A DNA stretch of 64,000 bases from Tubulanus polymorphus (GCF_964204645.1 NC_134029.1:8148850-8212849); one strand, 5' to 3'. Counted from the stretch's first letter, positions 1-14,284 are shown. The notes: a model not told the origin generated them from the letters alone. Made by a program: numbers and translations.

Positions 1-4
1 TTAA

Positions 5-167
5 GGGATCATTCACTTATTACGTACACATTAGGGTTGGGGTCGGTCAGTGCAATTGCGTACTGTAATGCTTAATGTGTATGAAAAAATGGCCGATTTT
101 GCATACAGGGTGGGGGGGGGTGTTGAAAAAGTCACATTACATGCGTACGTAATAAATGAACGATCCC
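5..167. mobile_element. Short MITE, PIF/Harbinger-like
   Basis: Imperfect TIRs GGGATCATTCACTTATTACGTAC ... GTACGTAATAAATGAACGATCCC, flanked by TAA/TTA; non-coding. Confidence 0.6.
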
Positions 168-1629
168 TTATTCGGGTGAAATATTTGGTCCATTTAGCCA
201 GGAAACATGTAAACTACTATTCACAATTCGGATTTTCCTTAATTTGATGAAATATGGACAGTCCCTAGTCATCCGAATTAAGTGAGTTGTACAATAAGCC
301 TTAATAATTTCAAACCGGATATATAACGAATTATCGATTTTAATGAACAGATCTTGCGGTCTCCTAAAAATCATTGCAACAAGGTTTCCACTAAAGCTTT
401 TGACTCCAATGAGGCAGAAAGATGAGCACTACAATCGAAAGAACTCTCTTCACTAATATACATTTGATCAGATCGGATCTCAAATTGTTTCGATAACAAT
501 TTCAAGCACAAAATAAACTTTCAACAATAATGGCTTTGTGTCTGGGTGGGGTAAAAAATGTTCTAAATCTCTATCACGTGCGCCTATTCCAGACAAAAAA
601 GAGGAGTATTCAATCAGAAATACAGCTCTGACACAGTGGCTTTAGAGAATAGCGACATCTGAATTGAGCCAGATATTGAAATAATATGACTGTTAGTCGA
701 ACGTCGAGTATTGTTACATAGCATGCATCGATCTGTACTTAACATCAGATGTCACGGCGACTAAGAATTCAGTATTATATCCGTGCGCAATCATATGGTG
801 CAATCGAAAAATAACCTGATATCAGTCAGTGATTTTCAAACGACACTGATTTTTTTCTATGAAATTAAACCATACATGAGATATATAATATCTTTTTAAA
901 GGTCGCCGGTATGACCGAAACAATGAACTCTCCTTACTGTATATCCTATAGATTGTCATTTGCTCCTAACCAAATATATATAAATAAAAATATGCAGGTA
1001 GTTTTGACACATTCTTATCGAACAATAAAACCCGAATCCCATGTTTTTCACATTGTCGTGTCAAAACTACCCAAATATTTTTTCTTGAAATCTAACAAAA
1101 ATCACTGTTCAATCAAATCGAACATATTCATCGACAGAATCAATTAGCAGTAGGCGAGACAAAAGATCAATATTCGTACAAGGGTTTGCGTTACATCGGA
1201 CATCGATTAGGCCTACATGAGATCTGGGGTAAATCAGTGGTCATTGTTCACACATGTCAGAGAGAGCATATGGAGCGATTACAGATTGATCAACGGGCAA
1301 TATTTCCACAACGCAGGTTTCGGAGATAAATGATATGATTCATTATTCAAGAAGATTCTCCGAGATTCCTTCTACCCGGTAATCAGGGAGGTGGGGAGAA
1401 AACCTCCCTCCCAATCTTGACCAGACAATCACTCGAAGCTCTCTTTCATCCCTTTGGTTTTATGTTGTAGTACCATACACGCAACTACATTATAAACTAT
1501 AATATCAATATATTGTGTGGGACATATGCCAGAGACGGAACATTCAATTTAACAAATGCACCATTCAAACTTAGAGAGCATTTAATAAGTACGCTGAGCC
1601 AGAGCTGGTTCTGAAAATACACTCTATAT

Positions 1630-2160
1630 AGTCACAATCGCACTAAATTATTTAGATCGGTCTAAATTTCGCCCGAAACAATTTAGAATGGACCAAGCGT
1701 TCACACAAGCGAAAAGTCCGTTCCAAATTAGAACAGACCAATTTGGAACGACGTAAATGACCGATCCAGGTCCGTTCTAAATAATGGAACAGACTGAATA
1801 TAATTTCATATTGCCAAAAAAGTTATATATAATGATCATCATTTATCTTAATCTGTCTGTTGCGTTTGCTGGTCAGAGTAATACATCTTTAATTCTTTTG
1901 GAAATGTCCTAGAATTTACCATAGATTGCTGTGTCCAGATATATGATAAAACTCTGTCATCAAAAATGTTCTTAATGAATAGCAGGGACTCTTAAATCTA
2001 TCATTAAGATGCGCATTTGGGGGCGAAATACTCAAGGCGACATCTTGCGAACCATCTTGCGAACCCAGTGATCGCACGCTCTGATTAGGTCCGTTCTAAA
2101 TTTGGACCATTCCAGGCACGGACCCATTTAGAATGGTCTAACTAGTGGTAGTGTGAATAC
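1630..2160. mobile_element. Degenerate MITE with internal repeated motif (TTAGAATGGACC / GTCCGTTCTAAA)
   Basis: The motif recurs in both orientations at either end of the interval; boundaries approximate. Confidence 0.4.
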
Positions 2161-3436
2161 TGATAAAATCTATATCTCTACAAAGTGATGCTTCATTCGT
2201 ACCAGCGATTCTACCTAAAATCGAGTGATTATCTTGACGTTAGTTGTAAAGTACTAAAAATAACGAAGCCTTCTTTAGTTCTGATGGCCATATTTCCATA
2301 ACACGCGGAAGCTTCATAAAATATACACGATTATGTCTTTGAATTCTCACATGATGATTGACTAGATTGTTGGAAGCCCTGACCTGATCTACATTCTGTA
2401 GAGCGATTAAATATTCAAATAGAAACCGGGGACAGTTTCATAGACACGGTGGATAGTGAACTTACCCTAAAAAATAACCCTTTCTTAGATTAGATATCAT
2501 ATATATTAGGTGATGGTTTATCGCCATTTGCCCCTTATTCATCCCAATTTTTACCCTCTCCCAATTAACCTCTTCCATTCAGCACCTTAACCATATTGCC
2601 CCTTTCCAATCGAGCCCCTCAAATCATCTTTTATTTCCTCATCAAAAAGGTGAATTTTGAAAAACCTAAAATCGGCCAAAATTCTATAAACATATCAGTT
2701 TTTATTACGTAAGCAAGGATTAAGAAATTATCCAATTTCCATTTGTGCCTGTGCCTGCTACAGTTATTGTTTGTGCCAACATCATCAAAAACACAGAGGC
2801 CTAGGTGGAAAAGACGCAAATCAAAAAGTGGCGCAAAAAACTGATAGGTGCAAAACGGCAAGGTGGAAAAATATGAAGAGGTGAAATTGGAGGACACCGC
2901 ACCAAGCCTAGAAACTGTACCCAAAATTCATTAGAATGAAAAGTAAATAGGGTTTCAGCATTTGTCATGATAAAATAAAGATTAGGTTGTTTACTCACAG
3001 ACGAACAGCCCCTCTTCAATCTTCACAGCAGACCTTTCTCAGAAGGGAACCATTGTTCAAAACGCAAGCTTTCATCAAAAAGTACCCAATCTTTTTTTAA
3101 TTTTAAGTGCAACCATGCGATATACAGATGATAATACATACAGCGGCAATAGAATTCAACATCCATATACACTTCAAATTACGATATGAATAATGTTAAA
3201 AGAGAGAGAGAGTGAGAGAAAGAATACACAAACACCATACATTTCTTTTTAAATGCATATCATTCTCTTCAACAATATGATCGGTACATATCCGGCATGT
3301 AATCAGAGTCCCCATCTATAGCACCGAAGCCTCTATCGCACGAACGTGCAAGCCGCGCACTCGCCTTTACTAATCGGCACGCTGCGGCGTATTTATCTAC
3401 GTCGTTAAATAATTGACTAATACCTAAAGATTTTCG

Positions 3437-6400
3437 CTAATCAGGCGGCTTCCAATATTGTATATATAGGAATACGAACAGAGGAGTCAACAGTCCGATT
3501 ACTAACATAATCAAAACGACGCTCCACCAACGCATGCCGCAGTCGGCTCCGTTGAAGAACCACCGACGCTGCGGCATCGGGTATATACGTCGACACGTCA
3601 GCGTGTTCGCGACTTCCTCCAGCGAACTTTTCTGCGAAACGGTCATGTTGCGTATGTTCTCGAGGTCTTTATCCATGTGTTTCAGGAACTCGCGCGCCTC
3701 GAGCGTTTGTTGGCCGCTGCGTGCGCCCCCGCCGTACGAGTCGCGGATGCTCAACGTTCGTACGAGCAACTGACGAGTCGCGTCGTCGTCGTCGCTGTTT
3801 TCATCGCCGTCGTAATAATCGTCGTCGTCGCAGACTTCGTCGCGATTCCGTCTGCCGCCGCCGTAAGCACCGAATGATTCGATTGCCCCGCCGTTGTCGT
3901 CGCTGATGTCGATCACGTTCGCTCGGTCTTTGGTTTCGTCGATTTTTTCTTGAGCAAGTATTTGAGTAAGCAGTCCGTGTTTCTTCACCGGCACTTTGAT
4001 GTACTTCCGACCGAAAAAGTCTTGATCCTGAATGAAATTATTGAATCTCTTCAGTTCGGAAACCTAGTAATACGCGGAGAAAAAAAAGAGAAAGAAATTA
4101 GAATACAAAATGCCACGACACCTAATAATCCGCAAATTCTCACGAGGATCAAGTCAACTAAGAAATGTTCAACACGAGATTTCATCAAGGGTAGAAACGT
4201 TCAATCAAGTTTCAAGCACCTTTAAAAACATCTTCCATCTAGAAGGAGTTTTAAAGGAATCAAGGTGTCCTGCGATAATCTCATTTTCTAGAAAGACAAT
4301 ATTATTTTGGTTGCAAGCATTTCCTGCATTTCCTGCAAAATGGGGAAAATTAAGAAAGACACTAGAATCATGGCTGCCAAGCTATCGGTAACAAATTTAA
4401 GTTTCAAGGTCATCGGGTTTTGCATATGGTCACCAGGGGACGTTGAATAGTGGAATAACTTAGTGTTTCCTTATTATAATGGTACCTAAGTATATTTTGG
4501 TATCACAACCAATTGCCATCAGTAATCAACAGTGAGACCCTAAGTAACGTCTTTCTGTATGCATCAAACAAATCGAATCAGTATTTCTCGTTAGCAAATA
4601 GTAACAAATTCGCAAAATGAGGAATAGTTGGAAGCTGTGTAGAATCCAAAACGCCATGACACATAACAATCAGGAAATTCTCACGAGGTTCATGCCAACG
4701 AAGACACTACCAGTTCATCGGCCCATTTTCAATGAGAGATTTCATCAACTTCGACTGTAGAAATCCAAGTGGCGCTGTTAAAATATTACTGCTAAAAAAA
4801 TTTGGACCTTCATAGGAACAGCTAAATCACGGGAATAAATTTATTTCCATACCTATGATAATTTTTAACCGATATTGACTTTTTTGCAGTGGGCTTCAAC
4901 CTTATTATTAGTCTGTTCACTCAGTGAACATCTGTTTACAAAATGAACGGTAAATTTAATATCAGTCACATTGAAAGAATATCATAGACTCATTTCCACT
5001 CAAGAACATATCGATTTGCATTTTCCAGTTACATCGATATAAAAAAACACTTTTAGTTATCGAAAAAAGGAGTAATCCTTTTACTAATTATAAAAAGAAT
5101 ATTCAGACTCGTAAAATACTGACTGGGGACCAAAACGCCATAAAATTTGTTCTTATGGTACATCGTGTGACGTAAAAAATACTGCTAAAAATGTATGACC
5201 TTCTTCGGGGGGGGGGGGGAAACTAAACCTCAGGAGTATATACAATTTCATACCTAAGATTATGATTGTTTACCCGATATTGGTTTTTTGCAGCGGGCTT
5301 CAGCCTGAACATTAGTCTATTCATTGACTGAGTAAACATCTGTTTTCAAAATAAACAGTGAATTTGATATCAGTCACATACGAAAAATATCATAGCTTAT
5401 TTTCATTACAAAATATCGATTTTCCAGTTTCACTGAGATATGAAACCTCCACAACACTTTCGATCATTGGAAAATGTGAGTAATTCTTTTACCAAAAAAG
5501 GGACTGAAATACCATACAGTTTCTTCCCATGGTACAGAGAGTACGACAAAACCAGCACATGGATCATTTGAGAATGATTATCCTTTTCCAGTTATGGCCT
5601 AAATTTAGATTTTGTAATATATTGTAGGCTTAAGCACTAGGCCTACTACGAGTTGATCGAGATAGTATTGCAGTAGCCGATGTGGAGAATAGATAAGTCT
5701 AAGTCCCACTATATACTAAATCTACAAGATTAAAAGCGAATTTCATAACCCAAGAATTAAGAATAAAAGACGCAAATGTTTCGGACTTTCTCTAGAGATC
5801 ATAAACAGGTGTAACGTTCCAGAGATTATGTACTGTTCTATACTGCAGACACTTTTTCCTGACCACAATAGCAAAACCTTGTACCAGTAATCTGGATAAA
5901 ATGGGTTCTACATCAACTATCAGTTTATCATCTTTCAATTATTCATACAGTTGAATTTCATTTAAACCATTTAGTATTTCAATCTCATTAACGTAAATAT
6001 TGACCTGGTTTGGTTACAATAATTCTAGTCTAAGGCTAAAAAAAATTGATACCTTGTTTCTCCGCTCTGCTGAGCTTAAATGTTGACCCGGCCAGCCGCC
6101 TATCTACGCCATACATTACTTTTTTTTAAATTGTGATCAATTTTACCATAACAGACCCGGCCTGTATAGAAATGAACTGTTTATAAATTTTATCATATTT
6201 TACAAAAATGACCCGGCTGCTGCGGAGAAACAAGGTATCATTTTTGTTTAGCCTAACTTATGAACACTAGGCAAACGGCACACCCCACCAGCTGTTATTT
6301 GTTCCATCAATTCTATGTAGATTTGATATTTGAATTTAACAATTAATCTTCAGGCCTAATACAAAATGTACACATATATACCCTGATCAGTCTATATATA

Positions 6401-8605
6401 ATATTTATTTCATCTGGCACAGTACACCTGCTTTGTAAAGATGGCGTTTCAATAATTGAATGACGACTTTAGTTCAATATGTCGCCCCTCATCGACAAAA
6501 AACCTGAATCACGACATAATTCCATCGGGATCTGATTAAAATTCGTTCAAACAGAAATAACCATTGATAAAGCGCTATATCCGTGATGTGACGATGATCA
6601 GCAGATTATCCCACAAAGAGTGATGTCAATTTCGATAATGTTTCCTCGAGCTAGTTATTTATTCAACGTCTCGTCTATATTGTAATAATAGTCATCTTCA
6701 GGAATACTGAAGATGATTATTAGAATATTGTCGAAACATTAAATAAACTACTACCCCTAGGAGACATTTATAGGCTTACTATTGTGGGATTCTCTACATT
6801 ATCAAGTATAGTCAAAAGTATTATTGAAAATAACTTAGATCATAGTCGAAATGTTGAATAAACTACTAGCTCTACAAAACATTTTCAGACTTACTATTGA
6901 GGGATTCTATACATGCAAAAAATAAAAACCTTCATTCACGTCCACTTGCTTCGATTATGATATTGAATGAAACAGCCAAGCGCAGATTATTATCTGGGCT
7001 TTAAAATGCGTTAGACTATGTCTTATTCCAAATGAAGGCTAAATCCAGAATTACCGGTTAATTTATGTATAAAATGGTCACATATTTTTCAAAATTAATG
7101 TTAAGCTTAAAAATTACATTGAAACCAGCTCCAGGGTCATTTCTTAAATTAACTTAGACTTGAGACTTTGATCATAGCTGAATAGTCTATTAACTGATAA
7201 TCATTAGCAACTATCATAGTCTAACCCTATCTCCTATTGAAACATGAAATAATAAACAAAATATTTGTAATTCAAATCATCCAAAAATCAATAGGGCCTA
7301 CCAAATTTGAGAAAAGTTCTACTAGTACGTTGCATGTAAATGTCATCTAGGGTAAATGAATAAGAAAATACCATATCCATTGATAATACATTTTTTGGCC
7401 TATGCCTGACTTTTCTACAAATTACTGATTCACTTTCTGATTTCAATTATCTAGAAATATGTAATAACTGTGCATTCAATATACAAAATCTAGTGTATAC
7501 ATAATGTCATGTCCAATGTTAATAAATTCTCATGTTTGCTTAATTCTCAGCACATTTCAAATGACATTTTTAGTTAGATGATATAGTTTTTCCTTAGGCA
7601 TCATTACTACTGGCACTAGAATTTTTTACTTCTGGCATTAAGTCCTGGATTCATAACTGATTCTACCAAGAAATTCATGCGCCAAAATGCGATATAGAAG
7701 TTATTGATTAGCATGGTGGCCAGTTTCCCCCAATTTACAAATTCCCTGACTTTTCCATCTTTATCACACAAAATTCCCTGCGTAAATGCGGGGAATTTTT
7801 TGGTGTAAAATTTTACAATTTATTCATTTTTTACGAATCACGTATTAACCCTTTCAGTGCGTCTACACCGCAGTGCGGTGTACGAATAATTTACATTATT
7901 TTTGCCAGTACACCGCACTGCGGTGTATTGATTTAATTAGTAATTACTAATTATCTCTGTTGAAAGATGGCTGCACCTGTCAGACATAGTGAAATATTAG
8001 TAACTAACGATATACCGCGCCGGGGTGTAGACGCACTAGGCCATAGTGCTATTCCCGTTATTCAACACACTAGGGTGGAATTTTTCAGAATTTTCAAATT
8101 ATCTTCAGCACTATAGGGTATTAATGAGCCAGCACTGAAAGGGTTAAGAAATCCGTGGTCAATGATCCAAATTCCCTCGAGCTTTACAGGTTTTTTTTGC
8201 AAAATTTGTCAAATTCCCTGATTTTCTTATAAATCTTTTTGATTCCCTGATAGGGTACTTAGCCTAATACACGCAAGCCAAGCGAATACGTACCGGGCAT
8301 CCATATCGTAACGCTATACTATGCAACGTTTCACCATCTTTAATTTCTCGTTCGACGCACTCGACGTCGCCGTTTTCAACTTTCGTCAACTCGCCGTTTT
8401 TATAAACAGCGCCCGCCTTTCTCGGACGAAGTTCGCACATTTCGTTCGACGTCGTCTGTTCGCCGGAGTTGCCGCCGCCGAACTCTTCCAGCTGTTGGTC
8501 GTCGTTGCCGAATACGTACATTCGGGCCGACTGGACGTTCTGTATTTCAGCATCGTGGACGTTGTTTAATTGTTGATTCTCTTTGCCACTTATATACACG
8601 TGCAT
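3437..8605 (-). CDS. LYSMD3: LysM and putative peptidoglycan-binding domain protein 3/4-like (LysM + C-terminal TM), ~312 aa; exons 8294-8605, 3437-4063
   Basis: Splicing at GT-AG joins VEREIKDGETLHSIALRYGCP|VSELKRFNNFIQDQDFFGRKYIKVP (LysM domain). C-terminal GADCGMRWW followed by a hydrophobic TM helix is typical of LysMD3/4. Start codon tentative. Confidence 0.88.
4770..5495. repeat. Diverged intronic tandem duplication (~390-bp spacing)
   Basis: 4770-5095 and 5170-5495 share colinear blocks (ATACTGCTAAAA...CCGATATTG...GGGCTTCA...ATCAGTCACAT...GAGTAAT). 4105-4200 also resembles 4645-4760. Confidence 0.75.
6034..6253. mobile_element. PIF/Harbinger-type MITE
   Basis: TIRs GGCTAAA...TGATACCTTGTTTCTCCGC / GCGGAGAAACAAGGTATCA...TTTAGCC with TAA on both sides; related end fragments at ~46420 and ~55897. 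Confidence 0.75.
6608..6915. repeat. Palindromic dispersed repeat with a hammerhead-ribozyme-like core (Penelope-like derived)
   Basis: Palindrome centred on TAGTCATCTTCAG-GAATA-CTGAAGATGATTA, plus a third partial arm; family copies at ~27375-27510, ~35050-35220, ~36770-36917. Confidence 0.65.
7849..8143. mobile_element. piggyBac-type MITE nested in an older AAATTCCCTG-rich repeat (~7710-8255)
   Basis: TTAA TSDs (7845-7848, 8144-8147); TIRs CCCTTTCAGTGC...GCACTGAAAGGG. Confidence 0.85.
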
Positions 8606-9721
8606 ACCAGCAACTCAAAGAAGTGGCAAAAGGTCGGACCGCAAACGTCAAACCGATGCCCAATCCGCACTAGTTACTAGTAACTTATTACGCAATCACA
8701 CCAAAGATTCAACTTCAACATTGTCATTGACCACAAAACACTAATTGTTGTCCATTCCGTTGTTTCGGCTTTAATCCAGAAAAAACCTGCTGCTAAGACG
8801 AGGCGGCTCTGCTGAGAAGCGTGAAGAAATTTTCAGGCCAAAGTATGAAGAATCGAACGGGCAGGAGAGGAGAGTAAGACCGGATTTTTTTGGCGAAATT
8901 CTAATTGATTGGAGTTTTTAGCACCGACGAAATATGCCGTATTTGGTATCGATGGAAAGATATTTCCAGCGCGCAAATGTCTATTCCACGGGCGAAGACT
9001 TTTCTACTACCTGTAAGCCATCGTCGGTCGAAAACTTCTCAAAAAACGATCACTTCCTTGTTCGCGTTTAAGGTTATGCCGGAAGTACATGGCAATCGTT
9101 TATGCGCATGCGTGAAGTGAGTCCGGTTGAATGTAAATTGAAAACTTGAAACGTCATCCACAGAACTCATGGCGATAACCATCACACGAAATCATATATT
9201 TTCTAAAAACGGATCTAAAATATAGTTTTAAATATTCACTGGTTTAATAGGGATGATATTTCTTTGTCTTTATTGTGAGAATCTACTAATTAAAAATTGG
9301 ACCAATAAAGAGTATATTGAATTGAAATTGCATGAGCAATCAAGTTAAATCTAAGTTGAAAACTATAAACGTCACGCGCGCGACACGATGTAACGGATAA
9401 CAAGGCGTCACTCGCGATTTGTGTCCGATAAAATAAAACTTTTCAGCCTGAAATAAAATACAGTCAGTCGGTTCTCGCTCCCTCCTAACGGCGGATTGAA
9501 GATTTGGTAAGCTCAAACGAGTTTATCTTCACTTGCAGGAAACATCGATCAATCAACAGGTGCGCGCTGAGCTATCCCAGGATTCCGTAGCAGGATGTAG
9601 AGCAGGAAGAGGGAGGATTAGAGAGAGAAGCAGGATTAACTGATGCTTCTCGTATTGCGGCGGGATTCGGACAATCCTTTTCTCGGTGTAGTACTCAGTT
9701 CGATCCCTCCTCATCAGAACG
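8606..9721. promoter_or_regulatory. Putative bidirectional promoter / 5' UTR region between LYSMD3-like and the zinc-finger gene
   Basis: Divergent start codons ~1.1 kb apart; ETS-like CCGGAAGT at 9079-9086 and NRF1-like TGCGCATGCG at 9103-9112. Confidence 0.5.
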
Positions 9722-12487
9722 ATGGCGAGCCTGGTCGCCAAGCCGTCCACACTGCGACAGTTCCAACTGAAGGTAAGCGCGTTGATAGATTCGAAATTAT
9801 CTCTCGCTGGATCCGGGAATTCTGCAGGATTCTGCAGAGCAGGTGGTTGTTGATGATGCTGACGCGAGAGCTACACTAGCTATGTTTAACACTCCTGGAA
9901 TTCTTAACATGCCTGGTCTAAGCTAGAAAGATCTACCGGGGATAAAAATACATAAGCTTGCAACATACATATGTATATAGAACAAGTATCTTTCATCAGC
10001 TGTTGTTAATGTTAGCATCCATGTGGGGTTTTTAGTGGTTTTTATAAGTAAGAACAAGAAGTAGACCTGGATGTCGTCTAATTTGAATAGTAATTTATCA
10101 AATTAATTCTAATTACTTCGAGAAGTAATTATTTTTGGCCCAATTTTTGATTATTTTTTACGGTATTTATATCTGTATTTATATATTTTTTACGGTATTT
10201 ATATCTTTCAATCACAAAATCAAAAATTAAATCATTTTTTACGTTTACTATTTTTGCATGCACTTTCACAAGATTGTGTATATGCAAAAACCAAAATGCT
10301 AACTTCTGTATATAATCGTTCTTTGATAATTGTCAGGACTTGCATACTTTGTAAAATTCAAGATTATCATTCAAGATAGGATTGGTTCCTTTGGCCTAGA
10401 GTAGGTGATAGTACGGGTTAGGTTCAGGGTAGGCTAAGGATAGAAGACTGAGATATTGAAGGTGCACCCTATCGAAACGTTGAAAGGGTGCATACATAAT
10501 GTGTTTATCTGATTTCATTCTGGTTAATTGGGCCTATTGTTCTGAAACCCCCACAAGTAAATGTGCCCATCCTGATCCAACCCTATTTTCTAAACCTACT
10601 GTCATTCGAACCCTCTACTTGGGCCTGCTTACCCTAACCTGGCCCTAATCCTCATTCTGAGAAAGAAGTCTCTGATGTGTTACAAGATTTTAAAGCGTAA
10701 TTGAACTTCAATAGGCCTCAATAGTCCTAGAACCATAACCCAAATAAATCCTAATTCTAGGAATTAGGATTTGATCGGGGCTATTTGTGATGTGATCAGA
10801 ATTTAAAGGCAGGTGGACAGTTTTGTTAAAGTATGAAAATGATTATTGCTTTTATTAGGTCACAGAGGCATACATGCTGCTGAATGAGATGAACAAAAAT
10901 GATGTACTTACTGCAATGAAATTACTGCTCAATCTTATCGAACGAATCGGAGAAATCCTTTGCGACAATCCCTCCAGTGAACACCTGGTCAATCACGACC
11001 AGTCACACGACCCCGATGCAAATCAACCGATCTACACTCCGACGAATCGAACCGGTCGTATACTGGGGCAGCCGTCCACGTCGAATTCAGAAACCGTCGT
11101 TTCTTGTAACCGTCTATTCTACCGCAAGCGCAAGAACCCCGTGCCGACACGGTACGTGCAGTCGTCAAGCTTTCAAAAGCCGTGCAGTTCGATGATGTCG
11201 AAGTATCGCGCGTTGTCGTCGCGTCTTGGCGGCCAGAGTTCGTCGTCGGTTGCTCGCGACGGCCTGCCGCCGCACAATGCGGCGACGTTGCAGCTGCGAC
11301 AGTCGCCGGGCAATTTCACCGACAACGACACCGACGGCCTGTCGGACAGCAACACATCGGGCAACCTACCGCCGAGCAACGACGTGCCGCAGGACCTGTC
11401 GAAGTCGGCGATGCGGTCGGACCAGCGCGACGAAAACGGCAACGACGCCGCGTTCAACGTCCAAATCCAACAACAGTGTGATACTAATGGTGCTAACGAT
11501 GACGCGACGACGATGATGAAACCCAACGATTCCAACAACATCGCGAACCTTTCGAACGACGACGATGAGGAAAATATGGCGGCGAAACGGGACGAAGACG
11601 AGAAGGTCGCGGCTTCGGAGAACGCGTTCGTCAAAGCGAACAGTCCGTTAATGCGTTACAGTCTGTCCGACGGACATCATTCGCCGAGCGAATTCAAGTC
11701 GTCGCTCGAAGCTCGGCCGTCGAGTTTGAGCCCGTACGATTTGATGGTCACAAATCGTAACAACTCGCCGAAAGAATGTCGCAGCGATCAACCAGTATTC
11801 CCGCGTATGTATCTGCCGGATGCGCTGAATTTCGCGGCCGGAAAGTCGGTCGGCGCGTCTTCGGCGGCTGCGGCGACGAGCAGCACCGATTCGGGCTACC
11901 CGACGACGCCGACTTCGATCAAGCTCGAATCGGGAATCCCGATACCGGCGTCGGATGTATCGTTGTCGACTCCGCTCGTCGGTAACTATGCGCACGACGC
12001 GTTGGCGACGCTGAGAGAGTCGGCTGTTTCGTCGGCGGCGGGTGTGTTCACGTCGGAGAGCGGCACGCGTAACACGAGTTCGTCGTCGGCGCTGGTCTCG
12101 AACGAAGTGCCTTTATCGATACCGATACCAATACCGTGGGTCGAGAAGCGCAAGATCGCGAAGTACCCGGGTGCGTTTCACAATGAGTTGCACAACGACG
12201 GCCGCGTGAACTATCGATGCGGCTTCTGCAAGAAGGTGATCGTGTTCGCCGAGATATTTCACCGGCACCTGAAGTCGCACGTGTCAAAGACGTCGAACGA
12301 CTGCGAGATCTGTAACATCAACTTCGCGTTTCGCAGCAATCTGTTTCGGCACATCCGCCGGTATCACATCGACTACGTCTGTTCGTTGTGCAAAGTTACG
12401 TTCGCGAAGCCGAAACAACTCGAGCAGCATTTGCAGATCTACCACGCCGATCGGTCGGCGATCGTCAAGGAGGTCAGCCTTCGGTAA
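9722..12487 (+). CDS. C2H2 zinc-finger protein (3 C-terminal fingers, long Ser/Asn/Asp-rich disordered region), ~559 aa; exons 9722-9772, 10859-12487
   Basis: Fingers CGFCKKVIVFAEIFHRHLKSH, CEICNINFAFRSNLFRHIRRYH, CSLCKVTFAKPKQLEQHLQIYH. Upstream exon MASLVAKPSTLRQFQLK ends AAG|gtaagc and joins in phase 0 to ttattag|GTC. Confidence 0.85.
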
Positions 12488-14240
12488 TCACCTACGATGA
12501 CGGAATTCCCTCAATCGTGGGGAGTTCCGCCTCTTCGTACGGCGCGCGTTTAAAGTATTCGAGAAGGTAGCTTGATCGATTGGTTCCAAAAACGGAAGTT
12601 CTTTTACTTCGAAAAAAAAGTAAAAAACGAGTGAGCTGTAGATTTAAGTTATATTATTAGTTGAATAATAACGATGTGTATTAGTTCTCGGCAAGCGATG
12701 TCGATAAACGTTCGACGATCCTACCGTTTTATGTTATAATTTGAGTTCTGTGTAAAGTAGAAGTCGGTCGGCTGGCGTAATCATAACACAGCTCAACTGT
12801 GTTAGCGCCTATCATTAGTGGTTAGGTCAACTGGGTTTTACTCCCGGAAGTATATACACGCAGCATGGTTTTTATCAAATCTACCAAGTAGCGCTACTTT
12901 CTTAGAAAAAAAAATTAAAGTTGAAGGCCCTGACATGCGCTTACCTTTCACGAAATGTCAAGTACTGAAATGACTGCTACTGTTTGATTTACAAGCCATC
13001 TGAAACATTTTTGTCACACCATTCGTAATCGTGATACTTAACGTTGATCAAATAATTAAAAGCCAAGCACACATCACTTCTGGAAAATTACATGTACAAT
13101 GTCCTAGTGCATGAATGGCATAAGTGATTTGTCAATCTAGGTTATTGTTATGGTTTGACAAATCGTGATGAGCAATTGCAATAATGTCTATCATGGGCGC
13201 AATTCACTAAAAAAGTGCTACTTTTTCCACACCGAAGGGGCTTAAAAGCGTCTACTTAGTGTAAGCCTTGGCGTTACTTACTAACCATGCCTAGGTGTTT
13301 GCTTCCAGGAGTCTTGTCCCAGTTTACCTAGAATCGCTGTTCTAAGGTGTATCACTGGCTGGGAGTAAGTTGAGGTTCATCTCAAGAGTTGACCTAAGTT
13401 TACTTTAGAATAGAAAAAAATACAGTTACCTATAACTGGTTCTCTCGAACATTTTAGATACCTGGCAATCACTAATAATGCTATAGTCAAAGGTTCACAA
13501 AAACAGATGTTTTCAACAAAAAATGTCTTAATCTATTACCATCCATAATTTAGTTTTTTTCCTCGATTTTGATGAACTTTTTGAAAACCTAGTCTTGGAG
13601 ATAATGTTTGTTTTCTCATAAATTATTTACATACTTAAACTGTGTGATTAAACAACCATGTAACCAGGCTGTAATTGATTAACTAATCACCGTTGGTTAG
13701 TAACCAATTGATTATTATCAGAATGATTTATGAATTATAAGTCGTCGTTATCGGTTTATAAGCGATAGATGAGTTTCGTTTTTCGCCGCAAAAAATTTCG
13801 ACGCGCGCAAAACAAGCATAATCAGTTCAGTTACAATTATAGATATAATTCGATAACTTTCTCTTCAGGTTTAGATACTAATGTGTATCATATAGTGTTT
13901 TGGCTTCGGTGGTGTTTTTGTCTCATTGAACGAGTAGTGTTCGTTTGGAAATGATTGTCGTTGTTGAATAATTATTATTTGTGGTACAATTGCTCACATT
14001 TTTGCACAACGTTGCCGTCGATATTGCGGACGACGATTTCAAGTCGATAGGAGTTGGATTAGATAAAAAAAACGATGTATTTCGTTGTGTGTGTGTTAAT
14101 TCAGGTATCGATCGTTGTCTGGATGATAAGAATTAGGAAAATGACTTTAGTCTGGTATTTGTGGTCCGTCGTTGTATTTTCATTAAAAATCTTGAAAACA
14201 AGTAAAGTGCCGAGGACCCACCAGACTGCAGACTGATACC

Positions 14241-14284
<44 letters not shown>

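Noticed and set aside
9643-9879. 78-aa ORF as the first coding exon of the zinc-finger gene
   Set aside because: Its frame gives phase 1 at the 9772 donor, incompatible with the phase-0 acceptor at 10859; ATG 9722 fits
10977-12570. Overlapping and antisense ORFs within the zinc-finger exon (similar ones over LYSMD3-like, PIGO and the GPCR)
   Set aside because: Shadow ORFs of GC-rich codon usage; no domain signal
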